DNA of 59,975 nucleotides, filler included, from Asterionella formosa (Eukaryota), in NCBI GenBank assembly GCA_002256025.1. It is 11 parts of 11 records of this genome, joined end to end, with 100 filler letters (N's around TTAATTAATTAA, not from the genome) between each part and the next. Parts side by side here need not be neighbours in the genome. Positions count along the whole stretch, not along the records: positions 49,125 to 54,501 come from NKIB01013096.1; positions 54,602 to 59,975 come from NKIB01013097.1; 9 more parts are not named here. One strand, given 5' to 3'. The notes under the pieces are model-generated. The model searched no databases and was not told where the DNA came from. It saw only the letters and a list, made by a program, of their open reading frames with translations. The translations under genes were made by a program, and so were the position numbers. Below are positions 51,551 through 59,975 of this stretch, piece by piece. The number at the start of each line of letters is the position of its first letter. Position 1 is the stretch's first letter.

Positions 51551-51784
51551 CGGACTTGTTGGCCTGTTGTGCTATGAAATTCCACGTGTAACTCTGTGGT
51601 CTTAGAAAGCGCGTTATATTGCTCTACGATGGTATCCTAGCTACTTTGTATGTATGTTGAGAATAAAATTTACTGTGCATTTTTAATAGCCCATTCGTAC
51701 TCCCCTGTTTCTATAGGCAAGTATTCATTGTGCTAGTACCTGCCAACAGCCATGTGCTTCCATAGTTTTGTAAGCATAGGTGAG

Positions 51785-52027
51785 TCCCCAACCACCTCTT
51801 GCAAAAAGTGATCATCTGAGCCACAGCGTTAGGGGAAACTCCGACCGCGTAGGAAGGCGGCACAAGCTGCTTGTGGGGGGGGGACAAGAATCCACTATTT
51901 CTTGTTGCAAACCAGGCAAGGCCATCAGGGATTTTGAACCCAACAATTGCTTCTCAAAAAATTGCGGGAATCGAATCACACAACCTCAGATCAAAGGCAA
52001 CTTGCTAAACCACCAAGCCTTTCCCTT
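51785..52027 (-). mobile_element. tRNA-derived SINE-like repeat, copy 2 (inverted)
   Basis: Minus strand AGGCTTGGTGGTTTAGC..GTTGCCTTTGATCTGAGGTTGTGTGATTCGATTCCCGCAAT..GAAGCAATTGTTGG.. aligns with copy 1. Confidence 0.55.
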
Positions 52028-53327
52028 GTATGCTGAGAATATATAGGTGGCTCGAAGAAAAATGGGTCCTCATTTATATCCATTTTGCTTGAGATGGCCA
52101 TAAGTGAAAATCGAAAAAGCCGAAAACACTTTTTTGAAATGTTGTTGCCAATTTTAATGTTCCTATATATATATATATTATAGACACCGATCACTTTTTC
52201 AACAATGCAACATTGAACTTTCTGGGTTACCGGTAGTACTTGCCCTCCATTAATTATACTACTTTGGTACACGGCCTACAGCCATTCCCATGCTGCTGTT
52301 GCTTTTGCTTTAATCACCCTTGACCATGGCGCATTCCGCCCATTCTGCTCCTCTTGATATTCCTATGGCTGATACTGTCTCCTTCACTCCTGCTCATCCC
52401 AAATGCAAATCCTCCAAGTCTACATTTGAAACTTCGGCCGAAACCGGAAAGCCCTGCTTGGGTGCACAATCCCACTGAAATGTAAACTTGTTTACCCTAT
52501 CTCGCCTCTCTGAAGCAACCTCCAACCGCTGCTCTTGACCCCCTTCACATTTCCACACTTGCCGCTTCAGTCCACAACAACAAAAAGCGCTCGTTTCATC
52601 CCTCTACTCCAAATGACATCTCCGCCAACTCCCTTGACACTACTGCTACAAAGAAGCTCAATGTTATACCTTCATGTCAACCACCCCAAAGTAATTGCAG
52701 CACTCCTCAAACCCCTCAACACCATTCTGCCCTACATTTCATCCTGGTAATCGCCTGCCAGGATTCACAATTCAAAATTAAATTCACCAAAATGGCAATA
52801 CAGTTTGCCAAATGTTTTCTTTGTCTCTCAAGATCCTTCACTTGCTCTCACCTTATGTCCTCATCAGGCTGCCACTTCAATTGATTCTTCAAATTCCAAC
52901 TCTCATCTCAAACAATTCTCCCAAAATGGCTGGCCATGCAGTTTCCATACTTCCTTTCTACTTCTTGATTGGCTTTCCTCTCTGCTGTCAGTTCCTACCT
53001 ACACTGGCTTGTCTACACACACTCTAAGAGCCTTATGTGGGATCCTTGCCCTTGCTCACCATCTCTACAGTTATTTCCTAGTCTGCAACCTCTAAGAGTC
53101 CCTCTATGGACTTGCCCTCATTCATCGTTCCTTTGGGGTCAATTTGGGCCCCCTAGTGCAACTCCACAAACTCCATATCTCAATAAAAGTGTACTTTAAA
53201 ATTTTCTTATTCTACTATTATATGCATGGATATGTAGCTTAGGGCAAGCCACACAATAGGGCAACTTAAACTTGTTTGAACACCACTCATAAAGCAAACC
53301 AACAAAATCTTCGTTTACTGTTTACAG

Positions 53328-54189
53328 CTATAGGCCAAATGTGGAACCGGTTGAGAATGACTTGACCTTTGGAGCAATGTTGGCGCCACCAAGGATCAAT
53401 GCATCCATTTCCTTCTCCGTGAAAAGTGGCCGTCCATACATTGGGGGTAGTAATGATCCATCCAATGTAGTAACTGCATGCGGTTTGACTGGTTTATTTG
53501 GAGCAGCAGGAGTTGGACTCAGCTGTTGGGCCCAACCTTCCTTTCCCAAAAAGTGAATCGATGGTTTGCGACCACTAACGGGGGGCACTGACAGAGTAGG
53601 TGCTTCTGCCTCGTTGGCCACTGCGGCTTCCGGTTCTAAGGTGGAGGTTGAAGGAGCGTTATCTCCGGAAGAAACGGTTGCTGAAGCCTCGGTATCAATC
53701 TCATATAGTTTGGCCCCAACTTCCACTGTTTCGTCACTATCAATAGATTACACGAGAATGTTTCATTAGTGATGCTGTGTTTGTTGCACGGCCCGTAAAA
53801 ACATGAAAAACATGAACTTACACGGCGCCAAAGTGTTGGGGCACAACTCCATCCATCTCTGCCTTGATGTCCACAGTAACTTTATCAGTCTCGATCAAAG
53901 CAACCACGTCGTCTGCTTTAACAGCCTGGCCAACGCCAACAACCCATTCAACAATAGTTCCCTGAAAATGAACATGACATCATCTTCAGCACAAAGTAAA
54001 CGAGAAACAACATCACCAAACATGCAACGAATAAATGCTTAACCGCACCTCTGTAATGGAATCACCCATTGTGGGAACTTTGATGGTCTTTGTGGCCATC
54101 AACAGAGGGGAAGTTGGGCTAAAGATGGCGCGGCGGGAACGGAGAGCCCCTTGCCCAAAGACTCGATGCGATCGGAGCATTCGTAACAT
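53328..54189 (-). CDS. Mitochondrial lipoyl-domain protein with Kgd4/MRPS36-like C-terminus (about 229 aa; exons 54189-54049, 53961-53822, 53736-53328)
   Basis: R-rich presequence MLRMLRSHR.., then lipoyl domain IKVPTMGDSITE|GTIVEW..IETDKVTVDI..V|DETVEVGAKLYEI across two GT-AG introns (87 and 85 nt). An A/P/S linker leads to KPSIHFLGKEGW and YGRPLFTEKEMDALILGGA. Confidence 0.85.
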
Positions 54190-54344
54190 TATCTATCGAT
54201 TGATTGCTTTAGTAATACACAAAGACGATTCTTGACCGCCAAATACCGGGTACATGCAGTGGTCCAATTATGATTGAGTATTTGCGCAGACGCTTCATTC
54301 GTCTCGCGACGAAGAAGATGCTTTGATGTGCAATGCCCGAAGCT

Positions 54345-54445
54345 AGCTACCTCGTACCGGTGCCGGTACCGGTACCGGTACCAGGTACCACCGGTAATTC
54401 AATACCGGGTATACATGGTACCTGGTACCATGGTACCAGATACCG
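54345..54445. repeat. Dense GGTACC/CCWGG motif cluster upstream of the lipoyl gene
   Basis: gtaccggtgccggtaccggtaccggtaccaggtaccaccggta...ggtacctggtaccatggtacca. Confidence 0.8.
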
Positions 54446-54601
54446 TTTATATGCATCATAACATGGATGATAACCGAAACATACCAGAATCCACACATAC
54501 CNNNNNNNNNNNNNNNNNNNNNNNNNNNNNNNNNNNNNNNNNNNNTTAATTAATTAANNNNNNNNNNNNNNNNNNNNNNNNNNNNNNNNNNNNNNNNNNN
54601 N

Positions 54602-56119
54602 AATTATGATCAGATGTATTTTCTTCAGCTGTTTGTATGAGAGCTACAGAATTCTTGTTCAGTGCATCCATAGCTTCAAAAATTTTGGCTTCAAAAAATT
54701 CAACAAAACTGACATTCTCTTGATACTCTTTAACCATCACATTTTTGTGACACTTCATTGCTTGCTACTTCAGTTCGAGCTTCCTTTAATTTTTCGCGGT
54801 ACATACTTACAACATCCATTAGTTCCTTCTCTCGTTTTACAAGAAAAGTTACTCGAGAAAATTCTGCATTAGAACTTTGAAAGCCAAGTGTCATTTGTGT
54901 ACGGCGCTCATTTGCTTTTGAAAGTTCTATAAGCGCATTGACCACTTGTTTGGATGTGTTTTCAAACTCGTTGCTGCCATATTTTCTACTTTTTCTTCGT
55001 TGAACAGGTAGCTTGGCAACATCATCCTCTGCAGGAATGTGAATAAGACTGTCCATAGCAACACCATCACTTAAACTTGGTACTGCATAGGCACAGAAAT
55101 GTGGCATCTGTTGAAGCCATAAATGATAGTACAAACAATAAGGCCGGTTTTGAGTGAAATTGTCAAAGTTACTGTGTTGACCAGAAACTTTGTTATTATT
55201 GAAACAGATCTTGTAATGCGCATTTCGAAATTCCATAACCTCTGAAAATTGTTTGCTATCCAACATATCAAAAGTGAGGGGATAGTTATCATAAATTCCA
55301 TGGTATTCAAACTGCTTGTGTTTGAATGCCATGGATCCAACTGTATCATCGTCTATGTCTATGTAGGTATCCAATAACTTGTCCCAAACTGCTTTATGGG
55401 GAAATTTACTTGCATCCAACTCACACATAGTTGTTGTATTGCCTAGACACAAAACGTCTTGCCGATGTTTCTCATCGAAGAAGACATTTATTACTCGATA
55501 GTATGTGCCATGCTTCTTAATATATTTGGGAGCAGTTGCAGCATTTCTTTTCCTCTGATTCTTGGTAGGTCGTCCCTGTTTCTTAATAATCTGGTGGGAT
55601 CTTTCAGAATCGTCATCCAATAAAATATCAGCAGGAACTGGAGATGTAAATGCAGACAATTGGGAAGGAGATAAATCGGAATCTGTACTTGAGTCATTGG
55701 CAATATATATTCTCTGGTAGTAGAAAGTTGCTTTGATAGTAGCAGGCGAGGAGACTTCCTTGTTGATGATTCAGGAGTAAAGGGAGCGCTGTCTCTTTTC
55801 AGATACTTTTTGGTTCTTTCGATGACTTCTTTTTGTTGTACCCCATCACGTCTCGAATATCAAGAGTCTTTAACCAATTCTTAATGAGTGTAATTGTTAT
55901 CATCTTTGTTTTGTTTCTGTATCCGGCGATTTTAAAGTGAACGCAAATACAACGAAGTTGTTGTAGCGATATCTGTTGAATGAGCATGTCCTTTATCGTT
56001 GTCAAAGACCCTTCCTTGTCAATGAAGAAATCAGCAGGAGTGATACTTGCAACCCACTGGTCATCCTGTTTCCTTGCTGCAGAGTAAGTTACATTGTCCA
56101 ACGATTCAAATGATGCCAT
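54602..56119 (-). pseudogene. Fragmented ORF, probably a transposon-associated (Harbinger ORF2-like) DNA-binding protein
   Basis: Colinear ORFs 56119-55799, 55659-54730 and 54758-54602 with a basic N-terminus (LRCIC..FKIAGYRNKTK), YRVINVFF and a C-terminal coiled coil. Family assignment is tentative. Confidence 0.4.
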
Positions 56120-58567
56120 TGCGCAAGTCGTTTACAAGTGATGAAAAGCACTATTTCATGAGTAGCTAGTGATAATAATAATTGCTCCTGAGAATACCTC
56201 CTCCCAAAATTCATTTCTGTTGTTGGCGTTAGATATAAAAATGGTGTCTTTGTTGATTAATTTAAATACATGACATTTGTTAAATTTATAAAATTAGTGT
56301 TGCTTAACGCTGTATCTGCAGCGATACACACAAATACACATTTCGGAGCAAGAAAAAATTTGTTTCTGGAAGCAACATATCACCCGGATATGGGAGATGC
56401 AAAAAATTGGGCCGAGCAACATTTTTTTATTTTTGTATCTCTGTTAAGATTGACCCTGATGGCAGTGAAGGGTTGAAATGGTGACATCACACATTAAGCA
56501 AAATTTCTACTTAAATCAAAACTAGTTTAAGCAAAATCAATGGAAGCAAATGGCAGAATAAGCAAAACAGATTGGTCTCAATATTTAGGCTTAAAATAAG
56601 ATTAATCTAAATATAATTCGGAACAACAAGCCGGCCGGTTGATTAATCAAAGGGCCGTCAAAGAGATACACATGCATCAACTTGCAAGTGGAATCACCAT
56701 ATTGCCGGGACGACGACGTACGTAGCACTTTAAGCAAAATTACCGCAACTTGGAGGTTCCTGTGGTACTCCGAACTGGTGTAGTGTATCGCATATCAGTG
56801 TGACTGTGAGGAGAAAGGCCGGCGTACGATACATAAACCAAACCACAGCAACCCCCAAACCAAAAAACCACAGAACAACACAGTTTTTGTGATGGAAATA
56901 TACGATGAGACGCACGGACCAATAAGAACAACCGGTAAAAATGAATATTTATTGTGTGTGTGGCGCTGGCAAGGTACCCCTGGTATGGTGGACTAATTTT
57001 GACCTACCATGACGTTTTGAGTTTTGATGCCCAATGACTGATCAAGGTTGGTTTTGAACAGTCATTAATTGATTAATCACTACATATCAAATCTAGAGAA
57101 GGAGTTGACCGGAAAGGCTTTTGTAATTCAACAGAAAGGAGAACCGAAATTTTGGCGCCACTGTGACAAAGCAAGCACAATGCGACAATATGAATCCCAT
57201 AAGAAGTCAAATTATCCGACAACCAGCCAGATCCACTTGATGGAGCATCGGTACTACTTGAGACATCAATGAACAGAGTTTGTATAAATTGTAGCATGCT
57301 GGAAGATAGCAGGGATGTAAATAGTGGAATTGCCATCAACACTTTACAGAAAACCATCATTTTGTGCCTTTTTGTAGCTCATCCTACTCTCTTACAATTT
57401 CGGCAATCCATTTTCCTTAAGTAAATGGCAGTCCACAGGGGGCAATAGATAACAGGAATTCATTTCCCTTAAATAAACGGCAGTCCATTTTGGCAGGCAA
57501 ATCTATGGGCTATTGAAAATATTGAAGGGAGTTTGGCAGTCCAAAAATGGAGCATATTTTCATGAATTGTAAAATTGTGTTTCTATGAAGTGCAATTGCA
57601 GGATTGTGAATTCAAAAAACTGAACATAAGAACTATACATTATATGTTTTATTTTAAGGGAAATTGGCTAGTTCGCCTAAAATTTACAATGCCCTAAAAT
57701 TTACAAACTATCTAAAATAGGTTTTCAATGTTATTTGAAAGGGCAATGTAGTGGCGAAAAGCGCACTGATAGCTAGGTTTGTGAATTGCCTAGTTAAGAA
57801 CCTACTCGAGAGGATCCAGTGCCACTCATTCGGTCAACCTAATCATGCCTCCCAAGCCTCAAACACAAGAAAACTCGCAGGCAGTCTTCACCCTTGGTCA
57901 TGTCTTACCTTCAGCAGTATATGGTGGGGAGGGGAAAAGTGGAAAAACAAAGCAACGCGCGTATCAAATCACTGGACCTTTCACTATGTGTGATTATCGG
58001 TCCTTTGGCATACCAGGGTACCAAGAGTAGCAGACTTAAGCTAGAGTACCTGGTACGGAGTACCAGTTATTACCCTTCTACTGGTTCTCATTTGGTCATC
58101 ACTGTCCCTATCATTTGGGCCCAGATATTGCTTGTGCACATTGTCCTGTTCAGCATAGAAAGGTATTGACTTGACATTGTCATTAACCAGTAACCTGTGT
58201 TATGCGACCTGTCCAAAAGTGCAGTGCAACTTATGTTCACTTTGGTGCCTGTATTGTACAAAGTAGTAAAAAGAAAAGTCGAATGATGCTTTGATCAATA
58301 ATTATTGCTTCCACTATTTTTCTGCAAGGTTGGCTCATTTCTTGTGTGCCAAAGAATTGATAATCTTTCATATGCTTCTACATATGAAATAATTTCTATT
58401 CACAAGCAGAACCAATGGTAATCACCCATTGTTAGCATGAATGTATTAGTTTGTCTATAGTCAGGGTTAAGTCAACCCACCTTCAAGTTCACTCACCTTC
58501 AAGTTCACCTAGGAATGGACAAAAGCACGCACGAAATACATGATAATCAAGAGTCAAAACGAAATGA

Positions 58568-59557
58568 CTAGGACGCCTTTGACTTGGTTTCTTTCATAGC
58601 TTCTTTCTCAGTCTGAGTCAATAGTTTCCCCTCCTTCGCCTTCTCCTTTCGTTCACTAAACCTATCATTCAGCGTGTCCGCAACTGGTGCCATTATGGCC
58701 GTGAATTTCGCAAACTCTTCTGCACAGTCAACAATGCGATCTCGAAAGTCTGATTCCTTCATTCGTCCATTGTCGTCAAATTCTTGCCATGCCTTGGCAA
58801 TAGATGATTGATTTGTACAACACGGCATTCTCATCCATCGAGCGAGAATGCGAAGGGCATTGACGGCGTTGAATGATTGACTTCCACCATTGACTTGTGC
58901 CACCAGGCATGTTTTGCCTTGAGTGGGTCGGACAGAACCAGTTTTCAGCGGAATCCAATCTATTTGGTTCTTGAACGCACCAGTTATGGTTCCGTGCATT
59001 TCAGGGGAGACCCAGACGTGTCCATCCGACCATTGGGTGAGGGCACGAATCTCTTGCACCTTGACATTCGTCTCCAATTCAGGATCTCGAACAGGGAGTC
59101 CTTGCGGGTTGAACACGCGAACATCACACCCAAGCAACTCCAGGAGTCTTGCAAATTCAAATCCAAGCTTACGACTGAATGAAGTTTCTCGGAGAGATCC
59201 ATAGAGCACTAGAATTCGAGGCGGTCTCCCCAGGGGCATCTGGACGTGATCACTTTGTGTGATGTGGCCTTTGACTTCGTCCTGAATCCAGCAAGGCGAT
59301 CCAGCCTCACTATTCTCGTAGACTGCGCGGTGAGCGAGCCAACCACCCGTATATGTATCAAGGCTTGATACAATGGCATATCCAGGATGTGAATGACTAT
59401 AGAAATCAAAAGTGTCATCTCCCGACCAAATCGAGGCGTCATGGCTGGCTTCAGCACGGATGGATGTCAACAAAGGTCGAGATTGAGCATTGTAGGAAGA
59501 CAAAATACTTTGCCTTGAAAAATGAAGGGAAATGGCAACGAAAGGCACAAATATCAT
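58568..59557 (-). CDS. arsH: ArsH, NADPH-dependent FMN reductase / organoarsenical oxidase, with N-terminal extension
   Basis: PPRILVLYGSLRETSFSR, WVSPEMHGTITGAFKNQIDWIPL, VRPTQGKT, QVNGGSQSFNAVN.LR.L.RWMRM and NQSSIAKAWQEFD..GRMK. No intron is needed. Confidence 0.9.
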   Translation of the reverse strand: MIFVPFVAISLHFSRQSILSSYNAQSRPLLTSIRAEASHDASIWSGDDTFDFYSHSHPGYAIVSSLDTYTGGWLAHRAVYENSEAGSPCWIQDEVKGHITQSDHVQMPLGRPPRILVLYGSLRETSFSRKLGFEFARLLELLGCDVRVFNPQGLPVRDPELETNVKVQEIRALTQWSDGHVWVSPEMHGTITGAFKNQIDWIPLKTGSVRPTQGKTCLVAQVNGGSQSFNAVNALRILARWMRMPCCTNQSSIAKAWQEFDDNGRMKESDFRDRIVDCAEEFAKFTAIMAPVADTLNDRFSERKEKAKEGKLLTQTEKEAMKETKSKAS

Positions 59558-59799
59558 AGTAGTTAGGTCAATGGAGTAAGAGTCGAAGCAACATGCAAGA
59601 AGTCGTGAAAGAAAGGATCACACAGATTCAATACAGTGGCTACTTATTTAGGCATACCATTATCGCTAGTAGCAGCAAGTTGCGTTCATTTTGCTATATC
59701 TAGTTCCACGTACGACTTCGTTCCTTTATTCCAGCCAATTCCAAATTAATACATGTCTCTTCTTGAGGCCGTTCTTACCATTCTGTTATTTGTTGTCAT

Positions 59800-59975
59800 T
59801 GGTGTATCATCGCCGAAATATGATACAAAAATGGCGGTTTGGTTTTTTTTGTGTATCACCAACGGTTTTTTTGGTCTGATCACCGGTGTATCATGCACTA
59901 TCACTGATACAGTTTTTGGACCCCTGACCAATGCTGTATCACTGATACAGCCGTTGATCACTGTGTATCACGCCC
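59800..59975. repeat. TGATAC-rich transposon terminus ending ...CACGCCC
   Basis: Matches 49125-49252. Confidence 0.75.

Noticed and set aside
56300..56476. piggyBac-like terminus (minus strand TTCAA-CCCTTCACTGCC), weakly similar to 2524-2670
   Set aside because: TTAA is imperfect and no partner TIR is visible, so support is too weak for a feature call.

Overview
This is eukaryotic nuclear DNA, most likely from a diatom or related stramenopile. The evidence is short GT-AG introns, 60S RPL32, ASAFAP-type bipartite plastid presequences and diatom-style retroelements. The window is not contiguous: it is 11 contigs of about 5.4 kb, sorted by decreasing length and joined by artificial 100-nt N44-TTAATTAATTAA-N44 linkers, so neighbourhoods across linkers carry no meaning. 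Host genes are a Golgi-type sulfotransferase, a DTW-domain tRNA acp3U transferase, a RINT1/TIP20-like protein, GGPP synthase, a STAND-type ATPase fragment, a single-chain UvrB-UvrC fusion with a plastid-like presequence, an MBD-domain protein, RPL32, a mitochondrial lipoyl-domain/Kgd4(MRPS36)-like protein and ArsH. Most of the remaining sequence is decayed mobile DNA: a two-gene Plavaka-like transposon, an RNase H-bearing LINE, Gypsy and Copia remnants, piggyBac and Harbinger-like fragments, and tRNA-derived SINE-like repeats. A CCWGGTACC motif clusters upstream of genes and flanks all three Gypsy LTR 3' ends seen. The best candidates for novel biology are the putative plastid UvrBC fusion and the lipoyl-Kgd4 chimera. 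All family assignments come from motif recognition by eye; no searches were run.
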